From the human T2T-CHM13v2.0 reference genome, Homo sapiens, in the NCBI RefSeq assembly GCF_009914755.1, contig NC_060935.1: a DNA stretch of 64,000 nucleotides; one strand, written 5' to 3'. The notes under the pieces were generated by a model, which worked only from the letters and a program-made list of their open reading frames with translations, did no database searches and had not been told where the DNA came from. Positions 52,120-64,000 of the stretch are shown here, piece by piece. How positions within the stretch are numbered: position 1 is the first letter of the stretch; every line of letters begins with the position of its first letter. The translations under genes and the position numbers were made by a program.

Positions 52120-53360
52120 CAAGACACAAAACTTTAAAACTCCTGTTCACAAGAACAATAAAAGAAACACAATAAATGGAAGTCTGGTCAAAAAACAAAC
52201 TGAAATAAAATACTTGTAGCATAAATAAAAGGTGAAGAATGACTATCCTATTAAATATCTATAATATATTGAGTACCTATTTATTAACAAGAAAAAAGTA
52301 ATACCCCAGTGGAAACATAGAAAAAGCATATAAACAAGTAGTTTACAGAAGAAAGAACAAATGGCCAACATATTGACTATGCCAAGCATCTTTCTGCCTA
52401 ATTGTTTTTCAACTGCTGATCCCTCTGCTTGAAACCCTACTGCCTACAGATATCCTCGTGACTCATCTTCTCACTTCCTTTGAGTCTCTGCTTTAATATC
52501 TTCTTATCAGAGATGCCTTCATCCTCTATGTAAAATATCACGCTCCCACGTTACTCTCTATCTTCTGTCTCACTACCTTATTTTGACTCATACAATTTAT
52601 AAACATCTGACAGTTTTTTTTAAAATTGTATACTGTCCGTTTCCCTGGAGTAAAAGATAAATTCCATGAGAATGAGGATGCTTTGCTCCATATCACCAGG
52701 ATCTAGAAGAAGGCTTCCATATTGTCAAAAAAAGTTGTTGATTTAATGAATAAAACTTATCTAACTAATAATGAAGGAAAGTAACATGATACTGTAATAT
52801 ATTTCTTTTCCCTGCCAGGTTGGCAACTTTTTAGGTACTCCCAGATACTGCCCAAGTTGCCCTCCAAAAAAATACACCATTTATAAACACAGTAATTGAA
52901 TATATCAAATTTAAAATCCACCTACCTTTCAATACCACAGTAAAACAGGTACGTGTGTTCTTTGTAGCACTAATAGTGACAGCAAAAACTTAGAAGCAAA
53001 CTAAATGTATACAAATGAGAAAATAGTTACATTGTTACACCCATATGGTACAGCTTCAATCTAGGAAAAGTAATGAGGTAAATCTATATTATAGTAATAA
53101 TAAAAAGTTCTGGGATATATATGCACACGTATATATGTAGAAAAGAATGAATCTGCTTTTGAAAAAATTATATATAATATATGCATGAATTCCACAAGAG
53201 AAACACAAGAATGAGCCACAATAAACTATTTAAAGCAGTTCTCTATGGGGAGGGAAAGATTTTGGTAGGGTTGGGCATGGAGTGGGGACTGCACTTGAAA
53301 TTATTTACTTGATATACTTTCTTATTTTTAATACAGTTAGAATGTATGCATTGCATTATC
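52120..53360 (+). mobile_element. Old L1ME fragments interspersed with an L2 fragment (~52380-52750)
   Basis: Diverged ORF2-end/3'UTR motifs, with an L2 3' end ending ttgttgatttaatgaat. Confidence 0.45.
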
Positions 53361-53921
53361 TGAGACATAAGACAAAAGGGAAATTGGATCAAAAAAGTTA
53401 ATATAAAACCTTAAACTACTGCGCAATGCTTTCTACAGTTTTTAATACCACACCTCCAGGATGTGGGACCAAAAAAAAAAGGACTGCCAGTTCTGCTGCT
53501 TCAAAGAAGGGTTACAAGATGTAGTCACTTACTAATAACTAAGGGAAATTGCCTCTCCTCACTTTGATGTTTTGTGACTTTCATGGCCCTTCACAGAGAC
53601 TTTCTAGGTCACTATGCTCTCCTCTTCCTTCTGAACTGCCCTAATCCTTGGTTACTTAAGTATCTCTGTGAGTCAGATTTTAACGATAAGCAATTTTATT
53701 TTTTGCCAGAGAAAAGATTTTCTGAGATAATTCTAATCATGTGAGGGTAGTATTAGTAAATTTTTGGGAATTGTCTGGGAAAACAGTCTCTTTTGAAAGC
53801 ATTCCAGTTAGTGTCCAGGATAAGTGAATATTTGCTATTTATTATATGCCCAGCAGAGTCTTGGGATACATACTTTTAAAAGACATGGTTTTCCCAACAT
53901 GATCAGCTTGTAAACTCCTAC

Positions 53922-54035
53922 AGGAGGATGCCCAATCTTCTCCATTTGTCTGGGACCGAGGGGTTTCCTGGGGTGCAGAACTTTCATGCAAAACCAAGAA
54001 AGTCATTAGCAAATTGAGACAAGTCGGTTATCCTA
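53922..54035 (+). mobile_element. MER81 hAT-Blackjack MITE
   Basis: tgggaccgaggggtttcctgggg..aaaacc..gtcggttatccta. Confidence 0.65.
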
Positions 54036-55587
54036 CAGGCAAGGAGAAGACAAGTTAATGCAACAAATATTTATTAAATGCCCAGCCAGTACATGTGGTG
54101 TACACTGTGTTAGAAACTAGAGATTAGAGTAGTCAGCAAAACACACACATAAACAGTTCCTGCCCTCATAAAGTTTCTTCTTGAAAGGAGAAAAGTGTGA
54201 TATTGATTATGCCACACTTTTTCATGTGCATTGGTTAAGCACTTTTGACCCTTAGGTAGAGAGAGCCATTGTATCTGTTGAAAGTTTTTGTGAACTAGAA
54301 AGCACTTGAGCAGATTCTCAAAGGGATGCCTGGCTTTTCATTCACTCAGCTCCTTGTACATAAGTGGACCCTCATCATCATCAGATGTTCGTTGAGTTAA
54401 ACTGATGTGATGTATGGAGCAAACTTTTTGTTCATGGATTGGGACTAAAGAGGAGGAGAAAGTCATATGGATTGGAGTCTGGCTTCTGTGTTGGGCAAAT
54501 GCTCAAATGTCGCTGTAGTCACATGCTCTGAAGTCTTGTCTTCTGGCTCTCCGATTCAGGAAACAAAATTTTAACTATTCATTTACTTAGAGGCATTGGG
54601 CTCTGAAGAACTGATTCAAAATAATTTACATTTGGGTATGCAGCTATTAGGTAGAGTGAATACTTATGTACAACAATCATGGCTATCCCGTTTTGGAATC
54701 AAATCAGCTGTGAAAAGTGATAACCCAAAAGATGTGGGAGCACCAAGAATGATGAGTTGGAGCCCTTGCTGAATATTTTTCATTAAACTCTGGGGGCCTG
54801 ATGACACATTATTTGTTCTGTGTGCCAAAACTGCCAAGGGGACAGAATTTTGATGTCACTGATCAGGATTCAGTGGGAGAAGCAGACTGTTGAGACACAG
54901 GGAGACCTGGAGGTCACCCAGACTGTTCCATCAACTGGCTGTGTGACTTGAAAGAGGTCACCTAACTTCTCTGGCTATAGTTTCCTTATTTCTAAAATGC
55001 AGGGGTTGAACAAACCATCCATAAAGACGGCTCTAGCAATAATAGTCTGGATTTTTACCCTTTTTTATTCCATGTACCCTCTCATCATCACTTTCTCATT
55101 GCAATACTATGCTTTCTCAAATTTAATAGGCTTTATGGCTTGTGACAGCATGATTTATGCTAACTATACCTTACAATAGTGACTTCTGAATGATACATAC
55201 AGAGGACTTCAGTCTTAATGATAGCGTGTTCCTCCCTTACACTGTAGGCAGTGAAGCAGGAAAGGAGAAAGAGTCAAGATAAGAATGCTTGATCCTAAAA
55301 GACAAAAAGACGGTCCTTAAGAAGTCATACAAACTGTTGTTCAGAATAATCCATTAGTGAGGAAGAAGGGTAAAGAATTACCCAAAATCTCCTTTTATTC
55401 CCCTGGTTAAGGGTGTGTTCTACAGGACATTGACACACTTGTTTTTCTAGGTTAGGCATGTGTAAACATAATATGGGGTCTCAGTCCATGTCACTCTAGG
55501 GAGGAGGTGAGTGGTACAACGCATCTCCACCCGCATGAGATAAGGTGTTGTCAGGTTGCCTCAGATCCCATAAAGAGTACTATGACA

Positions 55588-55911
55588 GGCTGGATGAGGT
55601 GGCTTACACCTGTAATCCCAGCACTTTGGCAGGCTGAAGCGGGTGGAACATTTGAGGCTAGAAGTTTGATACCAGCCTGACCAACATGGTGAAACCCCAT
55701 CTCTACTAAAAATACAAAAAAAATTAGCTGGGCATGGTGGCATGTGCCTGTAATTGCAGCTACTCAGGAGGCTGAGGCACAAGAATTGCTTGAACCTGGG
55801 AGGTGGAGGCTGCCGTGAGCCGAGATGGTGCCACTGCACTCCAGCCTGGGCAGCAGAGCGAGACTCTGTCTCAAAAACAGAATAAAACAAAGCAAAACAA
55901 AAACAAACAAA
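55588..55911 (+). mobile_element. AluS with an (AAAAC)n tail
   Basis: TSD AAAGAGTACTAT(G/A)ACA at 55572-55587 and 55912-55927. Confidence 0.95.
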
Positions 55912-57447
55912 AAAGAGTACTATAACAGCAGCTAGACCAAGAGACAGGAGAAGACTAGAGGATCTGAAACAGGACTTTAGAGATTGCTGATACATCTTTT
56001 TTTTTTTTTTTTCTGGGATCTAGATGAGAAATATGTCCATTTTAATTTGTAGAGGGAAACTCCTCCCAGTATTATGAGGTGTAGTGAGGTTATTCACCCC
56101 ATCCACCAGACTCATAAACGGAATACCAACAGGGAATCAGAGATTTCTAGATTGGATCTAAGATTCACTAGTGACTAGTTTTTTGATCATAGACAAGTCA
56201 TTAGCTCTATAAAAGTTTCACAGAAAAATGGAGGCAAAAATCTTTGAATTTCTGTACTTAGCTCCCCTCCACGCCCACCAAAAGCTATTATGTAGTGGCT
56301 ATAAATTCTTCATCCTGTAAATAATAGATGTGTGCCAGCATTCAGAATATATAAGGATTAAATTTTAAATCATGCAGACTGCTGAGCTGATCTGCATAAT
56401 AAGCATTTTCCTGGTTTGTTCAGCAGATGAGCCAAAGGGGATGGACCTAAAATCTGTCCTGATTCATGGGGCCCTTGTGAGTGAGCATTCAGAGATCCAA
56501 CCTCAAGGTCCTAATAAACTGTCCTGAGGAAGATACAAGCTTTCCTCCAGGGAGTGGTCAGCGTGACGCTGTTATGAGCAGAGAGACCTCTTATTGTTCT
56601 TGCACTGAAGTTCCCTATTTCTCGTCTCTTGCCTGCTTGTCCATTGCCCAGAGATGCTATTCAGTCTTGGACCAATGCCCCCCAGCAGCAGGAACAGGCT
56701 TAAATACTGACCCGATGTTTACCTCCTCTCCATAATGAAGAATTAAATGTCATATTTGTTAATTGGTCCAAAGCCAGGGAAGTTTTTGACTTCCCTTACC
56801 TGCTTCTTTTGGCTAAAAGGAAGCAGGTGTTGACATGAAAGCAAACAACTTTCTTTTCTTATGTAAAACATGAAAAATTGAAATTATTCTAAGTACTAAA
56901 TAACTGACATAAAGCTTAACAAGTGTTGGTTGTTACACAGCAGATTTGATTTCCTTTCAAGGTGGTTTCTAGACATACAGATCAATGGCTTTTCTTCATA
57001 CATCTAATTCTAATAGCTTTTGTAACAACAGGAAACTTGTTTTGTGTATTTCATTTTCATATTTGTGAAATGATCATGTAAAAATATTCTTGGAAAGGCT
57101 ATCTACATTTGATGCCTCAATATAATTGTCATGTGTTCCTTTTAAATTCTTTGCTTAATACTTATTGAGGGTCTTAAATGAGCATTTACTGGACTGTCCA
57201 TCTGCAATTTATATTATTTTAAATGATTACTAGGAATTCTAAAATTTAGGCTGCTATAATGTTGAACTCTCATTAGATGCCATGAAAGTAAATATTTCCT
57301 GCAATGTCAAATACAAATCTACATAACTACTTTCAGATTTAATGTGAAAAATGTACTTACTGAAATAATAACTTAGAGGTACCATTTTGTAAGATTAAAT
57401 TTTCTTTACCCTCTTAAAACCCTAATTTTCTCAACTGTAAAATAACT

Positions 57448-57757
<310 letters not shown>

Positions 57758-58288
57758 ACTTGTCTAAAATACCACAGCTAAAATCAGTGGAGCAGGGGCT
57801 TGAATCCCAGTTTTTCTGACCTCAAAATCTAGACTGTCAACCAATATCAATATAGTGTTTTTCAAATTTCAAAAAAACAATCCAGTAATGCCCCCTAAAG
57901 AACTAGGAAAGCAAGAGCAAGCCAAACCAAAAATTAGTAGAAGAAAAGAAATTGTAAAGATCAGAGCAGAAATAAGTGACATTTCAATGAAGAAAACAAT
58001 ACAGAAGATCAACTTAAAAAAGTTGGTTTTTTGAAAAATAAACAAAATGAAGAACCTTTACACAGACTAAGAAAAAAATAGAGAAGACCCAAATAAATAA
58101 AATCAGAGATGAAAAAGGAGACATTACAGCCAATACTGCAGAAATTCAAATGATCATTAGAGGCTACTATGAGCAACTATATGCCCGTGAATTGGAAAAC
58201 CTAGAAAAAAATGGATAAATTCCTAGAAACATACAACCCAGCAAGATTGAACCATAAATCCAAAATCTGTACAGAACAATAATAATGT

Positions 58289-58656
58289 TGATATGGTTTG
58301 GATTTGTATTCCTGTCCAAATTGTAATCCTCAATGTTGGAGGAGGGAGGTGATTGGGTCATGGGGGTGAACCTCCCCCTTGCTGTTCTCATGCTACTGAG
58401 TGGGTCCTCATGAGATCTTGTTGTGTATAAATGTGTGTAGCACTTCCCCCTTCTCATCCTATTCCTCCTTCTCCAGGTATGTAGGATGTGCCTGCTTCCC
58501 CTTCACCTTCTGCCATGATTATAAGTTTCCTTAGGCCTCCCCAGCCATGCTTCCTTTACAGCCTGTGGAACTGTGAGCCAATTAAACACCTTTTCTTTAT
58601 AAAGTACCCAGTCTCAGGTAGTTCTTTATAGAGATGTGAGAATGGACTAAAATACA
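58289..58656 (+). mobile_element. MST (A/B-like) solo LTR
   Basis: TGATATGGTTTGGAT..CCCAGTCTCAGGTAGTTCTTTATAG..AATACA. Confidence 0.88.
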
Positions 58657-59189
58657 TGTAATGAGATTAAAGCTGTAATAAAAAGTATCCCAGAAAGAAA
58701 AGCCCAGGACTCAATGACTTCACTGCTGACTTTTACCAAACATTTAAAAAAGAACTAATATCATTCCTACTCAAACTAGTCCAAAAAAATAGAGAAGAAG
58801 GAAATACTTAACTCATTTTATGAGGTCAGTATTACCTTGATACCAAAATCAGACAAAGACTTATTAAAAAAGGAAAACTATAGGTCAGTATTCCTGATAA
58901 ACATTGATGTAAAAATCATCAACAAAATACTCACAAATCAAATTCAACAATACATTAAAATAATCATTCATCCATGACCAAGTGAGTTTTATCCCAGGGA
59001 TGAAAGGATGATTCAACATATGCAAATTCATCAATGTGCTACATCATATCAACAGAATGAAGGACAAAAACCATTTTTGATCCTTTCAACTGATGCTGAA
59101 AAAAGCATTTGATAAAATTCAATATACTTTCAAGATATAAACCTTCAAAAAATTAGATATAGAAGGAACATAACACAATTAAAGCCAAT

Positions 59190-59387
59190 TGTATTAGTCC
59201 ATTTTCACACTGCTGTAAAGATACTACATGAGACTGGGTAATTTATAAATAAAAGAAGTTTAATTGAGTCACAGTTCTGCATGGCTGGGGAGGCCTCATG
59301 AAACTTACAATCGTGGCAGAAGGCTGACATGTGGGGATTACAATTCAAGATAAGATTTGGGTGGGGATGCAGAGCCAAACCATATCA
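59190..59387 (-). mobile_element. Internally deleted MST/THE1D-like solo LTR (198 bp)
   Basis: Both termini are intact (TGTATTAGTCC..AAACCATATCA) but the middle is missing. Near-TSD GCCAAT / GCCAT. Confidence 0.85.
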
Positions 59388-61832
59388 GCCATGTATGAGA
59401 GACCCACAGCTAGTATCATTCTAAATGGGGAAAAACTGAAAGCCTTTCCTCTAAGTTCTGGAACACAAGGATGCCACTTTCACCACTGTTATTCAACACC
59501 ATACTGGAAGTTCTAGCTAGAGCAGTCAGACGAGAGAGAAATTAATGGCATCCAAATTGGAAAGAAAGAAGTCAAATTATCCCTGTTTGCAAATGATATG
59601 ATCTTATGTTTGCAGAAACCTAAAGATTCCACCAAAAGAACTATTGGAACTGATACATTCAGTAAATTTGCAGAATACAAAATCAACATACAGGAATCAG
59701 TACCATTTCTATATGCCAACAGTGAACAATCAGAAAAAGAATTTAAAAAGCAAACCCATTTACAATAGCCACAAATAAACTGAAATACCTAGAACTTAAC
59801 CAAAGACGTGAAAGATCTCTATAATGAAAACTATAAAACATTGATGCAAGAAATTTAAGAAGACAAAGAAATGGAAAGATATTACATGCTTATAGATTGG
59901 GAGAATCAATATCGTTAAAATGTCCGTACCAACGAAAGCAATTAACAGAGTCAGTGCAATCCCTACCAATGACATTATTCACAGATATAGAAAAACCTAA
60001 AATTTTTATGAAACCATAAAAGACTCAGAATTGCCTAAGCTATCTTGAGCAGAAAGAACAAAACTGGAAGAATCAGATTACCTGACTTCAAATTATACTA
60101 CAGAGCTATAGTAACCAAAACTACATGGTAGTGGCATAACAACAGACACATAGACCAATGGAACAGAATAGACAACGCAGAAACAAATCTATACACCTAC
60201 AGTGAACTCATTTTCAACAAAGGTGCCAGCAACATACACTTCGGAAAAGATAGTATCTTCAATAAATGGTACTGAGAAAATTGGATATCTATATGCAGAA
60301 AAATGAAACTAGACCACACTATCTCTTGACATATACAAAAATCAATTCAAAATTGATTAAAGTCTTAAATTTATAACCTCAAACTATAAAACCACTAAAA
60401 GAAGACATTAGGGAAACTCTCCAGGACATTGGACAGGGCAAAGATTTCTTGAATAATACACCACAAGCACAGGCAACCAAAGCCAAAATGGACAAATGGG
60501 ATCACATCAAGTTAAAAAGCATCTGCATAGCAAAGGAAACAGTCGACAAAGTGAAGTAACAACCCACCGAATGGGAGAAAATATTTGCAAACTATTCATC
60601 TGAAAAGGGATTAATAACCAGAATATATAAGGAGTTCAAACAAAGCTATAGGAAGTGATCTAATAATACAATTACAAAAATGGGCCAAAGATCTGGATAA
60701 ACATTTCTCAAAAGACAACAAACAGGTATATAAAAAGATACTCAATATCATTGATTATCAGTGAAGTGCAAATCAAAACTGCAATGGGATTTCATTTTAC
60801 CCCAGTTAAAATGGCTTTTATCCAAAAGACAGGCAATAACAAATGCTGGCAAGGATGTGGAAAAAAGGGAACCCTCATACACTGTTGGTGGCAATGTAAA
60901 GTAGTACAACCACTATGGAAAACTCAAAAAACTAAAAATAGAGCTACCATATGATCCAGCAATCTCATTGCTATATACACAAAAGGAAGAAAATCAGTAT
61001 ATGGAAGAGATATCTGCACTCTCAGCACTATGCACAATAGCCAACATTGGAAAACAGCCTAAGTATCCATCAACAGAAGAATGGATAAAGAAAATATGGT
61101 ACCTATACACAATGTAGCACCATTCAGACATAAAAAAGAATGAGGTCCAGTCATTTGCACCAACATGGATGGAACTGGAGGTCATTATGTTAAATAAGCC
61201 AGGCACAGAAAAACAAACTTCAAATGTTCTCACTCATTTGTAGGAGATAAAAATTAAAACAATTGAACTCATGGAGATAGTAGAAGGATGGTTACCAGAG
61301 GCTAAGGATAGTGAGGGAGTGTCAGGATGTGGGGACAGTTAATGGGTACACAAATTAAGTTAGATAGATTGAATAAGACCTAGTATTTGATAGCACAACA
61401 GGGCGATACAGTCAACAGTAATTTATTGTATATTTAAAAATAAGAGAGTATAATTGGATTGTTTGTAACACAGAGGATAAATGCTTGAGCTGATGGATAC
61501 CCCATTTACTTTATTATGCATTGTATGACTATATCAAAATATCTCATGTAACCCATAAAATATACATGTACTATGTACCCACAAAAATTAAAAATTAAAA
61601 AATGTTCTTCAAATATATACAATATATATAATGTTATATATTTAATATTTTATGAATTAGAATTTAGGCTGTGAAAGGAATGAGAGCATTAATGTGTATT
61701 CAATTTTGGGAGTTAATCATTAATCATTTCATTTGTTTACTACTCCCCAGCAGGGACACTTTTAGAACAAAAGGTAGAAGAGAAAAACTAGATGGGGTAT
61801 ATTTCTTGGACTGAATTCTTATGCTACTATAC

Positions 61833-61982
61833 TCAATAAATGGTACTGAGAAAATTGGATATCTATATGCAGAAGAATGAAACTAGACCCCTATCTCTTG
61901 ACATATACAAAAATCAGTTCAAAATTGATTAAAGTCTTAAATTTATAACCTCAAACTATGAAACTACTAAAAGAAGACATTA
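61833..61982 (+). repeat. 150-bp dispersed direct copy of 60259-60410 (L1 ORF2 segment)
   Basis: Manual alignment gives 4 substitutions plus 2 nt of indel. No poly-A and no TSD. Confidence 0.95.
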
Positions 61983-62539
61983 CAACATTGCTATTGTAGT
62001 GGTTATTGTAATCTAATCTTTTGATCCTGTCTTGGAGAAGTAAACATGAATTTTCAGAGCAACCATACAATTACCAATGACTAGTGAGCCACGTGAAAAC
62101 ACACACTCCTTGAGTCAGATTAGCATGATGCAATGTACTAGATGTGATTTTCAATAATCTGTTGATTGTTCTGATTAATTCCACTATTATTTAATTACAT
62201 AGAGTAGTCTATCTTTCAGCTGGAGGCACTGAAAGCAGGCAATTTGGGGGGTGATGAGCAGCCCAAATTACATATTCTTAAAGTTTATCCATTCAATAAT
62301 TTTCAGATACATAGTTATGCTTATGAGGCCTTCAGTTTATATTTTCTTCATTTTAAAAGCATTACTTGAACCCTAAATTTTACCTACTGTTTTAACCCCT
62401 TCCAAAGTAAACTAGGTACACATTGTCTGTACGGTTAAAACTAATTCCTTTTATGGAATGCACAGTCCATCAAGCTGTTTCATCTGTCTTAAAAGACCTC
62501 TTTTCTTCCTCCATCTCTCTGACATATCCAAATGTCAAA

Positions 62540-63790
62540 GACCTATTCTTTGCTCATTTAATAAACATTTATTGAGGGATTACAGTACTTTATGCTAGAC
62601 ATTGTGTTAGATATTGGGAAAAGAAAGTCAAATAAAGAAATATAGCCTCTATCTTCAAGGAGCTTTTTATCTAGGAATGGCACTTGTTCTGGAGTCCATG
62701 GGGATTCCTTGGGAAATCCTTGTATAGGTATCCGTGTGCACCTGAAATTGTGAACACATTTTTCTAGAATGTGTGTCTAAAGTGTTTATTAGAATCTCCA
62801 TAATTTAACTTAAATGGCTCTCCCAAAAGGTTAAAAACGATTAGTTTAAGGAGAAGGAAATGTGTGTAAATGAAGAATAATTTTAATAAAAGTGTGCATG
62901 TGTTCTGTGGTAGCAGAGAAAGGTCATATAAATGAAACTGTGGACCGTTGAGGAGTAGATTATAATTGAGCTGACTTTTGAAGACTGGATTACTATATGA
63001 GAGGACGGAAAAAGTCCTAGGCAAAATATTGTTGGCAGGCATAAAGGTATTATACGGTATAATGCTTTTTAATCCCTGAAAGTAATATGGTAAAATTGAG
63101 GGGCTGAGAGGTGATGAAGAGGCTGGCGGCTGATTACGAACAGCCTTGAGTATTGAGGCTAGGGAGATAGGTAGGTGTCTTACGTGCAAACCTACCCAGG
63201 AGTGTGAAACCCCTGTTATTTCATATAATGTTCAGCATAAATATTGAGTCAAGAAATTTTGGTTTCAGATTAAGAAGTCTTACTTTGCAGCAAGAAGACA
63301 GGTGACAGGTTGGATACAAAAAAAAAGGGGGGATACAAGAAAAGAAAAGGCGATGAGGACTGACTTAAAGCTATTACCAAGGTCATAAAGAGGGTAGAAC
63401 CAAGGGATACACTGATGAAGTACAGAATCCGTAGGCCTTGCTGGCTTTCTGGAAGAGGAATGAGTGAGATGAGGTTAGGGTATTCCTCAGTCTTTTATCC
63501 CCACTCCCTCAGTGGATTGTGGTGCCACTCATAGGATAGAGATTTCAGGAAGAGAAGCACATTTGAAAGAAACTGAATATGGTTTGAAACATAATGAGTT
63601 TAGGCATCAATAGGATAATCAAGTACAGTTTGATGTAAAGGTTTCAAATGCAGACAGTAGGTAGAACAAGGAATGTAGATTTGGAGACATCAGCATATTT
63701 TGGAGGTATGAAGAATATTGTTACCAGAGGGAGTACATGGCAGATAAAAGAAACTTGTAGAAACACTGGTAGGAAGCATTACTATGGATA
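62540..63790 (-). mobile_element. L2 remnants with a MER103C-like insert (~62685-62845)
   Basis: ctcatttaataaacatttattgag..tatgctagacattgtg and later L2 ORF-end motifs. Confidence 0.5.
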
Positions 63791-63955
63791 AGAAGAGGAG
63801 GGAAAAATGGAGAGAAGAGAGAGGGAGAGACAGAGACAGAAAGACAGATAGAGGAAGGGTAAAGAGGGAGGGGAAGAGGAAGAAGGAGAGAGAGACAAAG
63901 GCAGTGGGAGAGGGAAAGAAGGAAAATGAGGAGAAACTGAGAGAAGGAAAGAGTA
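63790..63955 (+). repeat. GA-rich polypurine low-complexity tract
   Basis: Directly visible. Confidence 0.85.
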
Positions 63956-64000
63956 ACTAAAGGTGTCTGATGTTTCAGGATGATAAAGTAGGATTAAGGC

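Larger units (their letters stand above)
57868..61602 (+). mobile_element. L1MA-type 5'-truncated L1 (ORF2 linker to 3'UTR), interrupted by two MaLR LTRs
   Basis: Continuous decayed ORF2 and L1MA 3'UTR with tail. Near-TSD TGTT(T/C)TTCAAAT at 57856-57867 and 61603-61614. Confidence 0.88.

Overview
This is AT-rich, CpG-poor primate (most likely human) genomic DNA, either intergenic or deep intronic. It is not prokaryotic and contains no supportable protein-coding gene, RNA gene or CRISPR array. Roughly half is recognisable interspersed repeat: 11 Alus, L1s of several ages (L1PA3-like to L1ME), a full-length THE1 MaLR provirus, solo LTRs (THE1A, MST, MLT1, MER54, LTR16), hAT DNA-transposon relics, and MIR/L2 fossils. 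Every ORF in the track is either transposon-derived or looks like a chance ORF. Subfamily names come from recalled consensus sequences, not from a RepeatMasker run. I found no evidence of a novel biological system. The best-supported unusual signals are three local DNA copying scars: a 46-bp templated insertion inside a THE1 LTR, a 150-bp non-retrotransposed copy of a neighbouring L1 segment, and a 101-bp tandem duplication. Also notable are a twin-priming L1 inversion, an L1-L1 chimeric junction, two ultra-short TSD-flanked retroinsertions, a candidate 25-nt micro-exon between inverted Alus, and a few palindromic TF-motif clusters in unique sequence.
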